64,000 nucleotides of DNA from Camelus dromedarius. Lineage: Eukaryota. The stretch is from contig NC_087436.1 in assembly GCF_036321535.1 (NCBI RefSeq), positions 18,042,001 to 18,106,000 on the forward strand. Direction: 5' to 3'. The first letter of the stretch is position 1; every line of letters begins with the position of its first letter. Position numbers and translations under genes: made by a program. Under the pieces are notes generated by a model that ran no database searches, was not told where the DNA came from, and saw only the letters and a list, made by a program, of their open reading frames with translations. Below, piece by piece: positions 1-14,355 of the stretch.

Positions 1-307
1 TGATAAACTATAATCTATTTTACTATATTCAATACTGTTCATTGAATTTCATATTTCAGTGGTATTTGATATCTATATTATACATACAAAGATAAGGATG
101 TTAAAGGTACAAATGTAAAATATCAGAGTCAAGGGATGGGATTTAAAAAGAGACCCTTTTAGCTTCTCCCTGCTGACGGCTAAAGTGTCCCAAAGGCAAA
201 AGCTTGAGACTAACTATTGGAGACTTCATTACAGCCCACAAAGAATTGAGAACTGTAGCAAAATTCCATTAATTTTCAGTGATTTTACAGTGAGTTGCTT
301 ATAACGA

Positions 308-410
308 GGGTGAGCATGTGTCCCAGTTTGCCTGGGATAGTTTGGGGTGAAGCCTGTTGTCTTGGTGGCATTTTTTATAGCTTCTCCTTTCACACTCAAA
401 AGTGTTTCAA
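308..410. mobile_element. MER94-like hAT-Blackjack fragment
   Basis: AGGGTGAGCATGTGTCCCAGTTTGCCTGGGA terminus and CCTTTCACACTCAAAAGTGT resemble MER94. Confidence 0.55.
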
Positions 411-1024
411 TAATAATCCTTAAAAAAAAAAATCCAGCAACACAAACAAATGATGTGAGGAAACCTGTAGCATGTTCTATAGCAAAGCAGCATTAATAGA
501 ATAAGGTTACATTTTAAATTTTAATAATGAATTTTTCCCACTAGTATGTATAGTATTGCTTTGACATTTTATTATTTTTTTAGCGTGTCAGGCTAGTAAA
601 TGATATGACTACTCTACATATGATGCATTATAATTGTGACCACAAGTGTCTAGCTATGTACCACACTTCCCCAAAATTGTTTGACTTTTTTAAATGCTCA
701 GAACTTAATAAAATATGAGTATTATTCCTGATTGTTAAATCATCTTTACTATATTTATAGTATCTCTAAACCTTCAAATAACTTTTCTGTGATTTTATTT
801 TTAAGGCATACCCATTGCTAGTTCTGTATATTAATGGTACACATCCAAAGTGAATTATTCTAATATTAAGTTACCATTTCACCTCTATGAAAAGCCTGTA
901 AGATTTCATTAGCTGCATCAACCATTCCTTTTCAGCTGAGACTGGAGATTTGAAAAGCAGAGCGCAAATGCTGATTCCTAGAGCAGACAGGAACACAGAA
1001 ATATTTATACAGAAATGCATATTG

Positions 1025-1157
1025 AGGGGTAAGGATATAGCTCAAGTGGTAGAGTGCATGCTTATTTAGCATGCGTGAGGTCCTGGTTCAATCCCCAATA
1101 CCTTATCTAAAAATAAGTAAATAACTAAACCTAATGACTACCCCCCCCCCAAAAAAA
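1025..1157 (+). mobile_element. tRNA-Ala-derived SINE (vic-1-like, camelid)
   Basis: A-box TAGCTCAAGTGG, B-box GGTTCAATCCC and A-rich tail. Perfect 14-bp TSD AGAAATGCATATTG at 1011-1024 and 1158-1171. Confidence 0.9.
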
Positions 1158-1784
1158 AGAAATGCATATTGGAAGCCACTGTTAGCTGGGTGGTAATTTA
1201 CCTCAGCCTCTACGGTCTGGGCAGGGACGATGGTGGGGCAGTGCGCAACTGGTCTACCTCATAGTACAGTCCTATTCAGGCCTCCTGTAGTGTATTCAAT
1301 TTTTCCCATTTCCTGAAGAGAGGGAATGATAAATTATATTCTGCTCTTCCCAAGGTGACCTGAGGTGGGGTGGGGGTGGGGGTGGAACCCTCCCCAGAGC
1401 TGCCCTAGTCTAGTCTTAGAAACACAGAAGAGTCGATTCAGGTCTCGTGTTTGCCCACCACTGCTGGTTGTGGCCGTCTGCCAACTGAGAGGTTATATGC
1501 AAAAGGGGAAGAACGTGTATTTCGTCCTCATAACTTGGCAAGGAGGAAATATGTTGGTAAAAATGGAGGAAAAAGGATAGTGTTAGTCTCAAAATCCAGT
1601 TGCTGATAGATACTGCTTTTTTGGGACTACTAGTATTTCAAGAAGAGAAAAAAAAAGCATGATTCTAAAACATAGCTAAGCTCCTACACTAACCATCGTT
1701 TAAGGAGAACTTTGTTTCACGACAACAACAACAACAAAATACTCCCCAAGTCCCCCCCAAAAAAAGTTCTCCTGGTTTAAAATT

Positions 1785-1915
1785 AAATCATTGTTCTGGT
1801 GGTCGTGCAACTGTACAAACTAAAAATCAATGAATGTGCACTTTCAGTGGGTGAATTGTGTGGATATAAATTATACCTCAGTGAAGCAGTTGAAAGTAAA
1901 AAAAAAAAAAAATTT
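1785..1915 (+). mobile_element. Old L1M 3' terminal fragment
   Basis: GAATGTGCACTTTCAGTGGGTGAATTGTGTGGATATAAATTATACCTCAGTGAAG followed by poly(A) is typical of an L1M 3' end. Confidence 0.6.
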
Positions 1916-3451
1916 CAGGGTGGTTTTGTTGTTATCTTTAAAAAAATCCACTGAACCATTCTGTTTTTAGCTCTTTATATTTTTAAATAAATATTTTTTA
2001 AACTTTATTATGGAAAATTTTTTAAATATACAATGGTAGATAAAATTGTATAATGAACTCTCAGATATCCATCACCCGGGTTCAACAACTACCAGTTTAT
2101 TTCATTTTCTGCCTCCCTGGGTTACTTTAAAGCATGTCCTGGCATCTGTGACTCCTTCAATTTGTATCTTTAAGCTATAGGACTCTTCTTAAAATAAAAC
2201 TAAAATTTAATTGTCACTTAAAATGCTAAGTATAATTACCACTCAAAGAATAATCATTGAAAACTTCCTAAGTAACATACAGTAAAGGTCTTTTTATAAT
2301 TGTTCAAGTCAGGAATCAAGCCAGCTCCACAAATTTTAATGTCCTAAATAGCTTATAACCAAGATCTTAGAGGCGAGGGAGTTACAATGTTGAAAGTGAT
2401 TTATTGACCATACCAAAGGTCTTTTTGTAAATATTTTCATCATATCATAAAATAGCAGATGTAGTTTTGTCCACATATCCTGTGAAAATATTTTCATGTA
2501 AAGTAGATCTGTCCAGTTTGTTTTAAAAGTCTTTGATTATTATATCACCTTCCTAAAATCTGACTCAGGGAAACTGTACATATTGGTTCAATGTATTAAG
2601 TAGGCAAAATGTTTTGAGACTCTTGACTGTACATGACAGAAACCAAACGTGTGTGGGAGGCTGCTTTGGGGGGGATTGCTTGTGGGTGATGGCCAACCAA
2701 CCTCATAATTGTTTAGTAAATGTAGGCTATTTATTTCAAGTGATTTATAAGTAGATTATTTTATCCTCACAGTGGTTAAGCATTTATTGATAATTGCTTA
2801 TTTTTTGTTTTGGGGGGCAAAAGAGCTGAATTCACAAAGTTTTAATGAGTTGTTCAAAATCGTTACTAGTTGTTTATTTGGACCTAGAATCTAGGTCTTT
2901 ACGTGCAGTAGGAAACTATGTCTCTTAGAACATAGTACTTCCAGTCAACGCTTTAGAGCACTGTGCTTCTCACCGAATACAACTTAGGTGATTAATATGT
3001 CTAGGAATTAGAATACTCACCAAGAGGTGAAAATTACCTTGACAAATAGGTTCTAAGATCTTTACTCAGATGGCACTAAAAATAAAAATCTGTCTCAAGT
3101 CTTAGGCTGTATGACCACAACCATCCCCACTTGTGAATTTCACGTCTTAGAATTTACTTCGCGTTTCTGTTGCAAGAGTTTATTTTCAGTAACTGATACT
3201 TAGATTTTGAAAATTTGCTGAGCACATCTTTCGCATTCTTTAGCTGTTGCTAAACTTTAATGTGATACGAGGAACCACATGGTCTGTTGAATTTAGGACT
3301 AAGACTTAAAGCCTGATTATATTCTCCCATTTTTCCGGCACTCGAGCCTGTGCTTGCTTCTGATCCATCCTGCAGCACGGTTAGAACTGAGCATGCAAGC
3401 TGAAACGAAATGCAGGAAGAAGTTACTTAGCTGAGGCAAAGGTCTGGGTGT

Positions 3452-3960
3452 TCAGTAGGATATTCTATCATTTAGAACGCTTTTAGCTGGAATTAATTTT
3501 CAAAAATCCAACACAAACAGACTTCAATCATACAGAACATTACTGGCTCACATAATGACAAATTCAGAGGGAAGGCAGGTGTCAGGATTGGCAGATAGAG
3601 GAGAATAAAAATATCAGGCTCCGGGGTTGTTTCCTGTTCTCCCTTCTAAGTGCCTGTTTTACCCCCAGGAGCAACTGGAGCTGTGTGCTTTCTCTGTACA
3701 AGAGGAGAGAGAGAATTCTCATTTAAAAATAATAATAATAATAAATAAGTTTGCTTCGTTTTACCAGAAGTCCTCTGCAAACTTTTGGCCTTAGAGTTAC
3801 ACGCTCACCAGTGAACAGTTGTTGACATCAGGCTTGATATTACCTGTGGGATTAAGAATTATCCCTCGGCTGAGGTTGGAGTTCGCTCCCTTGAATCAAC
3901 TCTGTGGGAAGAGATGGGAAGGGGGGGTATTTAGAGATCTTTGGGACGAGAGAAGGGGGA
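3452..3960. mobile_element. Ancient MaLR (MLT1-like) LTR remnant
   Basis: ATTACTGGCTCACATAATGACAAATTCAGAGGGAAGGCAGG and downstream blocks resemble old MLT1 LTRs. Strongly diverged. Confidence 0.45.
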
Positions 3961-4769
3961 AAATGGGTAGTATGCGGACTTCAATAATGACCATTACAAG
4001 GTCTCTTTAATTTCAAGCAGTATATGAAAAGATCAGCTTTCTTCTAACTTTAAGTCAGAATCTTGGGCCAGAGGTCACCCAGTAAATTGTACTTTGGTGT
4101 CTTTTCTCTTTGATATGGCAGGTCAGAGGACTGGGAGACCTGGGTGTCATAGGAGTGTCTGTGACCTGTCAGGGCGTGCATCTCTGAGCTGAGAATGTCA
4201 GTATTCTCTACCCAGATCTCATCCCTTCCTGCCAGGAAAGCCACAGCCCAGATAGCATTTGTTGCTTTGGAATCAGGGTCGTGGGACCCTTTCCAGTCCC
4301 AGAGTTGGCATGTCCACTGGTCTCTAACCTCACTTGCTTTGGTCTGCTTTCAGCAGAAGGCTAAGAGGTGGCTTCCCCGCCTGTACCTTGTCTCTTTGTT
4401 CAGTGATCTTTTGCGTGGAGTCTGGACAAAACGTTTCCCCTGGTACCCAGGCCTTCCACTGGAATTGTTCATCCCGCCTCTGCCTCCCAGCTCTTTCATC
4501 CGTATCATGCCGGGGTTTGGACTGTGTCCTTGCCTTTCTCTCCTGCCAGCAGTCCGGCTGTGGCGGGAAGATTCTGTTTCTCTGAACGCTGTTATTATAT
4601 AGGCTTGAATATGAGGTTTCCTAAACTGTATATTTACAGTTTGTATAGCTGACCCATTTTTTAAAAATAGGTATTTAAATCTCAGCAACTCTTCAGACTT
4701 TTTAAAGCCTTCTTCTGTTTTACTGTCTTTTCATAAAAAATTTTGGGGCTTTGCCACAATTTTGAGCTC

Positions 4770-7620
4770 TGCTCATCAAAAGATACCATTAAGAAAATGC
4801 AAAGGAAATACAGACTGAAGAAATTATTTACAACCTACATCTTGTACATCTGACAAAGGGCATGTTTATATAAGATGTGTATCGTCTTTATATATATATT
4901 TATATCTAAGTACATAGGGGTGTATATATATTCTTTTTTAAAAAGACAGATCACCCAATTTTTAAAAAGGAAATACTAATTGCAGCTTTCCTTGTTATTG
5001 CAAAATATTGGAAATAACCTAAATGGCCATACATAGGAGAATGGTTAAATCAGCCCTGGTACATCCACACAGTGGAGTGCTACAGAGCTTTGTGAAAGAA
5101 TGAGAAAAAGCCAGAACTGATACGGACTTTTAGTTGAGTGGAAAAAGCAGAGTGCAAAAGTGCATCTATGTAATGCTACTGGTCATCTGAGAAAGATGAA
5201 AATATAAAGTTTAATATTCATATATCTGCATATTTGCGCATATTTGCACCGGTAGGATTAACCAGAAACTAAAGAGACTGGTTACAAATAAGGAATGAAC
5301 CCTGTACTGTTGGACTGGAACAGGAAATAGCAGTATGAACTCATAATTTTTAATCCACATACATATAAGTAGATATAGATACATCTGTTTGTATATACAT
5401 ATATACACTTTCTTGTTCCTGAGAAGGCCCAGAAGCGGTGACACCAGTCGCAGTAAGGACACCCAGCATCCAGATCCTGATTTCTCATAAGTACCATTCT
5501 CCCACAAAACGGTCAGGATCTTTGGAGAAATGGTTGAATTTCCGGCTGGGGCAGGGAACATACAAGATGATCCTGGGACAACTCGTGGCACCAAAAAGTA
5601 ATGGGGTCTTTAAAAAAAAAATGATGTAGGCAAGTCAGAAGTACACAACAGCCAATGTGCAGGAGCTCCCAGTGGCAAATCCTGGGACAACTTGAGCAAC
5701 AAAATGACAAAAATGGGTTATAACCCAGAGTATAAATAAAGTATCCACAATCTATACACTGTAAATATGTAAGTGAGGGGAAATTAATGATTCTTCCTTA
5801 CAGTACAATTCCATTAATAAATGTAGAAGAAATGAGAGCCACTGCTTGGCCAACACCGCAGTAATAATTGTTGCAAGTAAGAATGAGTAATGGATGCTAA
5901 ATTAGTGGGTGAAAATATAAAAAGCAGGATACAGTTGTCCACCAGCGTCTGTAGAGGGTTGGCTCCAGGACGCCCTGCAGATATCAAAATCTGTGGATGC
6001 TCAAGTCCTTGATGTAAAATGTATGTCCCTTATGTACATGTATTTGCGTATACATACACACATCCTCCCGTAGGCTTTAAATCATCTCTTGATGACTTAT
6101 AATACCTAACATGATATAAATAGTTGTAAATACAACATAAATGCTATATTAATGGTTGCCAGCATGCAGCAAATTCAAGTTTTGCGTTTTGGAACTTTCT
6201 GAAATTTTTATCCTCCAAATATTTTTGATCCATGGTTGGTTGAATCTGCAGATGCAGAAACCTGCGGGTATGGAGGGCTGACTGTATTTGCCTTGTCTCA
6301 AAATATCTCCCTCTAAAATATTTATTAATAACAGAGAAAAATAATGACACTATAGTGGAGGAACCTGGCAGACACTACTTGAACCAAGTAATCAAAGTTA
6401 ATACCCCCAGTAAGGAGAAATGGCAACATCACATACATCTGATATGGTGCACTGAAAAGGGAACAGTATCACCTTTGTGATATTTTTGCCAAAAATACAT
6501 AGCTGAATTTAAGCATGAGGGAATAACAGACAATTCAAGCTAAGAAGCATTCTACAAAATAACTAACCAATACTCTTTGATAGTACTGTGGTCATGAACA
6601 ACAAAAACTGAGTGTCCCAAATTGGAGGAGAGAAACTAAGTAAACACAACAGCTAAATGCGGTGTGGAATCCTAGACTGGATCCTGAACCAGGAAAGTAC
6701 ATTAGTGGGACAGTTGATGATAGGAGAATATTGTCTGTGTCCTAGTTAATAGTACCGTAGCATAACTCAGTGGTAAGTCTACTGTGATTAGGCAGGATGT
6801 CAACATTTGGAGAAGCTGACTGATGGGTGTATAGGAACTCTTTGGACTTTTTTTCAACTTTTTTGTAAGCCTGAAATTACTTCAAAGTTAAAAAAGTATT
6901 AGCAGAAAGACTTGAGCACACGCTCCACCAGTGATTCTTGACCTGTAAGCACAAAGATGTTAACATCGTTAGCAGCCAGAGAAATACAAGTTGCACATTA
7001 AAACCTCAATGAGTCACTATTTCACACCTACAACATTTGGTGATAAAGATGGACATTACCAAATATCAGCCAGGGCATATATTAGCTGGATCTCTCAAAT
7101 TTGCTGGGGGAAGTATACAATAGTACAACCATTTTAGAAAACAGTTTTTTAGTTTCCTAAAAAGTTTATGTGTACCCTATGCCTACCTAATATATGCCAT
7201 ATTTATCAAGTACAATGAAAACAATACACACAAATATATCTATGTAAATATTCATAGCATCTTTATTCACAATATGATAGACTATGTATATTCATGTAAG
7301 AGAATACTACTCAGCAGTGAAAAAGAATGAACTAGAGGCACACATAACAACTTGGGTGAATCTTAAAAACGTATGTTAAGAAGTCAGACACAGAAGAAGG
7401 CTTACTGTGCAGTTCCATTTGTATGAAGTTCAAAAGAAGGCAAAAACCAAACTATGGCATTTGAAATCTAAACAGTGATGGTCTAGTGGTAGGTGGGGAT
7501 TGTCTGGAAGAGGCCCCAGGGGAACTTTCTGGGATAATGAAAAGATTCTGTATCTTGATTTGGTGGGGATATATATTTATCCAAATTGATTGGATTATGC
7601 AGTGAATTTTATCTTGATTA
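4770..7620 (+). mobile_element. Nested ancient L1M cluster: an older L1 (about 4770-4970, resuming about 6900-7620) interrupted by an L1MC-like 3' segment (about 4975-6897)
   Basis: Degenerate ORF2 3' and 3'UTR motifs (TCATCAAAAGATACCATTAAGAAAATG; GAATACTACTCAGCAGTGAAAAAGAATGAACTA). Two separate 3' ends near 6890 and 7620. Confidence 0.7.
5932..6284. mobile_element. MER2-like TcMar-Tigger non-autonomous DNA transposon
   Basis: Termini CAGTTGTCC... and ...GGGCTGACTG form imperfect TIRs. TA target duplication at 5930-5931 and 6285-6286. Confidence 0.85.
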
Positions 7621-9039
7621 AACTCAAGACCCAGAATGGAGCAGAATACCTGGTATTGAATAAGCTCTTAGTAAAATTTGGAAGGAATGATCACTTAAGC
7701 AAGAATAGCATGTATAAAACTGGAACTTTAACTTAGTATTCATGTATGTAAAGCTTTCAGTAACTATTCTGTGGTAGATGCCTTAGGAAATTTTACTATG
7801 TGTTAGTTTTGATTAAACATATCTTAGGAAAGCATAGGCATTTTATCTTAATTTTATTTATCTTATATTATGGATTGCAGACATCTGAAAATACCTACTC
7901 TTACTTCAGTCAACTTCTGTACAAAGCTGGGATGTTGATTAGTAAGTCATAAACATCCATTTTGAAAAAGGTAAAAATGACCCAACTAATAGTACAGAAT
8001 GTCAGATGTTTGAGTTCAGCTGAACTTAGAGTATAAAAATATTAGAATTATAATCTTCCAGATGAGTCTTCTGTTAAATGTTTCGCATTCACTTCATTTC
8101 CCCAAGAGATTGGTTTTTGTTAATAAAAAAGGTTTTTCATGTTATTTTCTAGTGACATCTTTCTGGAACTGAGTAAATCTGTTAGCAGCATAGAAGTGAT
8201 ATTGAAGTTCTCTTTTCAAAAGAGCTCTAATTATTGCCAAATTAGTCAAGTTTTAATATTCACAAATGATATATAATTCATTAGGAGCTGATGGGAATGA
8301 ATATTTTCTAAATGAATATTTGTGTCAGTTTCAGCAGAGAAAAAAATTAAATTCCTACAGAATTCATAAAATAATTATGTATAAACTTTTGCAAACAAAG
8401 TTCTGGAGATGACGGAATTTATATTTTTATATCTGTTTTTGGAGGCATGGTTTGATGTAGTTTCATAATGAATTACATTTGCAAACATTGACTCATATTT
8501 TCTAATGTGTAGACAAACTTTTCTAGAAACTCACACAGCATTTTACAGACTGTTGTGTTGCTGATCGTTCAGCAGGACGTTTCTGTCTGTTGTCAAGCCT
8601 CCACGTGTTTCCTGTCGTCCACCAGAACTCTATGAATTTGGAGACAGGGTTCTCTAGAGTCTTGTGTCAGCTCGGGTAGGGGGTCAAGAAGATAAGATGC
8701 CAGTTAGAAGGGGAGGCCTTCAGGAGAAAGAAGAATAATCAATGTTTTATCAACAATATACTGTATATCTTCATAGCTTCCAGTCTGCCCAATGAAGATT
8801 CAAGGTTCCAATTTTATACGTGACATCCTTGCTTAAGTTATAATTCCTTAATATTTAATTTCTAGTAATATGTTCCTCTTTGTTCATCAGTTTTGCCTTG
8901 ATTCAGCAGAAAGAGGAAAGGCTTGATTAAAATGGAAATGAGATGCCGGAATCTCAACTCTAGGAGGTTTTTTTTTTTTTCTCAAGGTAACTTTCCCCAA
9001 ATAAGAGGGAAAATAAACAAATTTCTTTCCCTTATTCAG

Positions 9040-9230
9040 GCCCTATCACACGTGCTATCTCTTTTACTCTTCATAACAATCCTGTTAAATATATTGTTAT
9101 TTGCATCTTTAAGTGAGGACATTGAAGTCATTACTTCCAGAAGCTTCATAGTTTTAAAATATATGGCAGAGCTGGGATTCTAACCCAGTTTGTTCACCTC
9201 CAGAGCCCAAATAGTTTCCCACATGCCACA
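9040..9230 (-). mobile_element. MIR SINE remnant
   Basis: GGCAGAGCTGGGATTCTAACCCAG...TCCAGAGCCC is a reverse-oriented MIR motif. Confidence 0.55.
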
Positions 9231-10289
9231 TTACCTCTCGAAATTTAGAATATGTGGAAATCCATAAGGTGTGAAAGAATTGAAAATGCTCTCCAGCTAT
9301 GAAATATAAATACAGGGCTCACATTAGAGTTGAGAGAGAGCCTCGGTCACCGTGGTGTGCATAACCCACAATGTAATGCCACCTCGCTGTTTCTAATGGA
9401 AACACTTGGCCAGTTTACATGACCAGCGTTTATTCGTTGCTTGCTCTCTGCTTTTACTATGTGTTAGGATTGAAGAGGAGAAACAGATAAAATTCATTGT
9501 GCTTTGAATGTCAGATCATAAAATAGAATGGTACATTTTATTTTTTGATTAATAAGTATATGTGTATATAGGTAGTCTTTTATAAAATCTTGAAAGTGAA
9601 ATACATTTTGTCCCTTAATCATAAAATTCTTGACTATACAGCTCATTAAATTTATTGTAAAATCACCTGCTTCTTCCTGAGAGTAGGCATTCCCATGTTG
9701 TCTATGCTAGTGGTTCTGACTCTCTGGTCCTTTCCCTTTTTCACTTAATCCCTTTGGTAAATTCAGGCAGCATATGTTTGTAAATGTCTCCAAAGTCAAC
9801 ATTGCCCTCTCTGCAGCTTCAGTCCTCTGTCATGTTCCTTAGGTTCATTTGCCTACAGAATCTTTCTATGCCTGTATTGTGCTGATGCTTAAGATAGAGG
9901 ATGAAATGTGAACTTCTGAGCCTTCCTGCAAACTTGGCGATTCTTTCCAAATTCCACATTACTGTGAATGATACCACCATTATTATTTCAGACACTAAGG
10001 TTTATAACCTTGAAGTCATTTGGATTCAGCTCTTGCCTTTGTTCTTTATGTAAAATCAGTCTCCAAGTCTTAATTTACTCTTCCTTCAAAATGGCTCTGC
10101 TCTCCCTCCTCCATTTATTCAGGTATTTTTTTCTCCATCACTTGGCAGACTCCTCCCTGTCCCTAATCTTAGCCTACTACCGCTCAGCTGGTATTTTTCC
10201 AATGCTTATTTCTCCGTGCCTTCTTTTAATAAGAGCTCATCATAGCTCAGTAACAGTCTGACTTTGCTCCTAAATCAGATTCTACCTTC

Positions 10290-10560
10290 ATCAACGACCA
10301 AATATTTATTGAAAGCCTGCCAGGCACAGTGGGGAGCACACAGATTTGTATAATACACAGGCCATGTGCTCCAGCCACTTTATGGTCTAGTTGGAGATTA
10401 AAACATATGTGTGAAAACAACACTAACAATGCATGATGGTGCCTAATGAGGACCAAATGAGGGCTTCCTTATGGGTCTTAAGCTGAGTCTTGGAGAAGAA
10501 TAAGAGTTAGAGAAGCAGGGAAGGAGGAATGCATTTGAAACTGGGAGGGAGAATGAATGG
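10290..10560 (-). mobile_element. L2 3' remnant
   Basis: AAATATTTATTGAAAGCCTGCCAGGCACAGTG is the reverse complement of an L2 3' end. Confidence 0.55.
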
Positions 10561-10886
10561 AAATTTGAAGGCGGCATGAGGACTGTTTGGAGCTGCATGC
10601 CCAGCTCTGTAACACTGCTGCAGGGGAGGGGCTGTCTGCGCAGGGCCGGCTGGATGATCAGGTTGGACAGTGGGGCTGGAACCGGAATACCTTTGACTTC
10701 TCTAGCATTTCGGTTTTTAGCCCTTTTTAATCTTCTTTCTGATATCTTTCTAGAGAATTCCGGTTCACGTTTTTTGTTCCCTTCCACCCAAATGTGCATG
10801 TTAACTTTACCATACGTTTTTACCCCGATACCTTTTTCCTTCCTTTTACCCACTTTCTTTTCCGTCCCCTCCCAAACATTTATGTA

Positions 10887-10987
10887 CAGTTGGCCCCTTT
10901 TATATAAGCACCTTGAGCATCTGTGGATTTTGGTATCCACAGAAGGTTGTGGAACCAATCCCCTGAGGGTGCCAGAGCATGACCCTG
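10887..10987. mobile_element. Short internally deleted Tigger-family MITE (about 100 bp)
   Basis: TA|CAGTTGGCCC...GACCCTG|TA. The internal TTGAGCATCTGTGGATTTTGGTATCCACAG matches, in reverse, the element at 5932-6284. Confidence 0.7.
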
Positions 10988-13033
10988 TATAGATCTCGAC
11001 ACTTCCAGTCTCTTCTGTGAATTCCCCAGGGCATAAAATGTTACCTGAAACATCTTTGTATCCCTATAGCATCTAAAAAGCTGGCACATGATCCATAAGC
11101 ACTTATTTTATTGAACTGTGGCAAAACAAATGCCAGAGCGTCTACCTTCTCTGCTCCTTCCTTATAAGCGTTTCAGATGGCGAGCTACAGTGTTAATCTG
11201 AATTCCATATGGATCTCAATCAGACAGAACATATAACCTACATTTTTAAATTGTTTGGCTTTTATTATTTTCTTAATATCCTAAATGCTACCATTTGTAA
11301 TGGAAATGAAGTACACTGAAAATTTTTATTCATCCAATGGTTCATAAATCAGTGTCTCCACTACTGGGTACACTGCCTCTCTTTCAACTATCATCTTTAA
11401 ATTTTTTTAAGAATTATTGTTCCTTCTACCAGAGAGCAGACTTGTTGTTGAAGGTAATAGGAATTTGTCCCATTGCTTCTTTGTAGCATTGGATAACCAG
11501 AGTGAATTTCCTTCAGGCAAACACTGTTGGCTAAAGCGGGCTTTGGGCTCATGTACTAAATCAGAAGGCTTTTGTGTATGTAGCACCTGACGCCCTCCTA
11601 AAAAGTAGGAATCTACTGGGAATTTTAACTGTTCTTGCTCTCCTCATTCCCCATAACTGCAAATAACAAAAAATCTGTCATTTTAGGTGGTGGTTTATGC
11701 CTCTTTTTAAGATGTGTTCTAATACGAATGATGTTTCATTTAATTTCAAGACAATATAAAGATGGTGTTCCACAGATCAGACACACAAAAGTCCTGTTTG
11801 GCATCAGTGAGCTTTCTTTTGTATCAATAACAACCATAATAATAGCTAATGCTTACTGATTATTGATTGCTTATTGAGGAGTGATTGCATAATCAAGTAA
11901 GCTTAGTGAGTGCCAGAGAGGGTTCTAGCTCTTCATATATGATACCAAGTCATTTAATCCACACTCATAAATATCCACATACACACATACAAATCTGTAA
12001 GTTAGGTTACTATAATTGTTCCATATTAGAGTTTAAGATTATAGTACTATTTCTAAGCTGGCTTTACAGTGTAATAAGGATATGCTTTACCTCTGATTTA
12101 AATCTGTAGTTACTGGAGGTTTGGGGTTTTTTCTAGTCTCAATAAATAGGAAAAAAGATAAAGAAATTTTCATCGATTTGTTTTGAAGGCGCTTATCCAA
12201 TTTCCTCTTCTAATTGTTATCATCCATTTCCTTTTTCATTTGTACTAGTTCATACAGTGACCACCAGTTTAACAGGTAGTCCCCTTCGAACTCCAGAAAG
12301 TCTGAGAATAAATTGCGGTGACTGAGAAAGACTTACTCTATGAGTTGTACGTCTTCGTCATGACTTTATAGCACTGCTACAGTGTTTGGAAATCTTGTTT
12401 GAGGTTTAGCAGATGTATTCCAAAAAAGTATTATTGGTAGGTTCACATCATAGTAAAGGCTTACGGTGTACCATTCACGCTCCTTAGCCACTATCTTCTG
12501 CCAGCATTGTCCCAAGAGATGGATGAGACCAACATGACATTCACAGGTTTCAACAGTAATTGCATCAGAAATTTGGTCTCACCTCCAGCTAATTCTTTGT
12601 ACTTTCTGTATTTTCTTGTTTGCCAGCTTCTTTATTCCACTGCTCAGTATGCGATGGTAAAGCCTCTCAGAGCCTTCAAAAATGTTTGCTGATATAAAGA
12701 AGCAGATGTTAAAAACCTGGGATTAATCAGAGTCCATTCTGTGTATTTTTCACATCGACACAGTGCTGTCTCCCTACGCCCCCACATCCCGTCCACCCTA
12801 GTCCAGGTGAGGAGCAGAGATCCTTGCCACCAACTGCTGCCCAGGACAGCACTCGGCATCTCCAGATTTGTGCCGCTTTCTTGTCTGTTGCACCTGTAGC
12901 TGGGTTCTGTGAGGAAGTTTTCCTTTGACTATGAATTTTGTCTGCTTTGACCTTGGCATATGAAAATGCCTTCTGGTAGCCTCTAGAATCACAAGTCACT
13001 CCAATATTTCCTTAACATACGGTTTCCCTACTT

Positions 13034-13515
13034 CAGTGGTTCTAAAGGCTTTTAGTCGCAGGATTCCTTGACGTGCTTAAAAATGTTGAAGACCCCAAAG
13101 AGCTTTTGTCTGTTTAAGTTATAACTGTCTGTATTTTTCACATTAGAAATGAAAACAGACTTTTAAAAATATTTCTTAATTCCTTCCAGAACAATAATAA
13201 AACCCATTACACATGAACAATTACATATTTTTATGAAAAATAACTTTTCTGAAAAAAGTAGTGAGAAGAATAGCATTGATTTTTATTTTTGCAAATCTTT
13301 ATTTTCTGGTTTAATGGAAGACAGCTGGATTCTCACGTTGTATTTGTTGGTAGTATATGAAGATGGTGTGGCTTCACCCAGACATATAGTTGAAAAAAAG
13401 TGTATTTAAGAGCCTTTTCAGATAATTGTAGGTACTTCTAGTCTCTGCAAAACTTCATTGTATACTCATAAAAGAATGAGAATGAAAATGGCAAATAATG
13501 TCTTGGTTCTGTATT
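13034..13515. mobile_element. Charlie1-like hAT DNA transposon fragment
   Basis: Starts CAGTGGTTCTAAAGGCTTTTAGTCGCAGGA and contains GAAGACCCCAAAGAGCTTTTG, typical of a Charlie1 end. Confidence 0.7.
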
Positions 13516-13534
13516 TCATAATTATGCTTAGAAC

Positions 13535-14355
13535 CCAATAATAAGATGGAAAACAACTCTTTTAAAAAATGAACAAATTTTTGAACATACACCAAAGAAG
13601 ATAATATGAATGGCTCACAATTCCATGGAGGGATGGATGTTCAACATCGTAATCATTAAGGAAAAGTAAATTTAAGTCGTAGTGAAATTTCACCTCACGC
13701 CCACTAGAATGGCTATAATTAGAGATACAAAATAAAACAAATAATAATAAGTGTTAGTGACGATGTGAAAAAACTAGAACCCTTATATGTTGGTAGTGGA
13801 AACATAAAATGATGTAGCCGGTTTGAAAAGCAGTTTGTCAGTTTCTTTAAAAAAGTGAATGAGATTCCACTCTTAGGTTTCTTTCTACCCAAGAAAAATG
13901 AAAACATATGCCCCCACAAAGATTTATATACCAATGTTCGTGTGAGCATCATTCAGTATAGCAACAGTGTGGAAGCCATCCAGCGTTGATCAGTTGGTGA
14001 AAGATTCCACAATGCGGTGTATCCACGTTATGGAAGACTCTTCCGCTACAGAGAGGAATGAGGTGGTGTTTCAGTCTGCAGCACAGATGAACCTCAAAAG
14101 CGTTGCGTTAAGTGAAAAACGCCAACAGCAAAATACTATTTATTATATGATTTCATTGTACTAGCCTTAGAAAGGCAGTTCTAAAGAGAAAACAAATCAG
14201 TGATGGTTGGGGTAGAAGAGATGAGAACTGACTGCAGGGGAGCATCAGCGACCTTTTTGAGGTAATGGGGAGGTTCTAAAACTGGATTGTGGTGATAGTT
14301 GCTCAAGTCTATAAATGAACTAATAACTGTGGAATTGTACACTTAAAATGGGTGA
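13535..14355 (+). mobile_element. Ancient L1M ORF2-end and 3'UTR fragment
   Basis: CACCTCACGCCCACTAGAATGGCTATAAT; GTTCTAAAACTGGATTGTGGTGATAGTTGC; ends GTACACTTAAAATGGGTGA. Confidence 0.75.

Noticed and set aside
10443..10992. Overlapping 171-aa and 138-aa ORFs; similar clusters at 4195-4688, 30544-30956, 52969-53606 and 60459-60918
   Set aside because: No recognisable domains or exon structure. Several span repeats, and such lengths are expected by chance in GC-richer patches.
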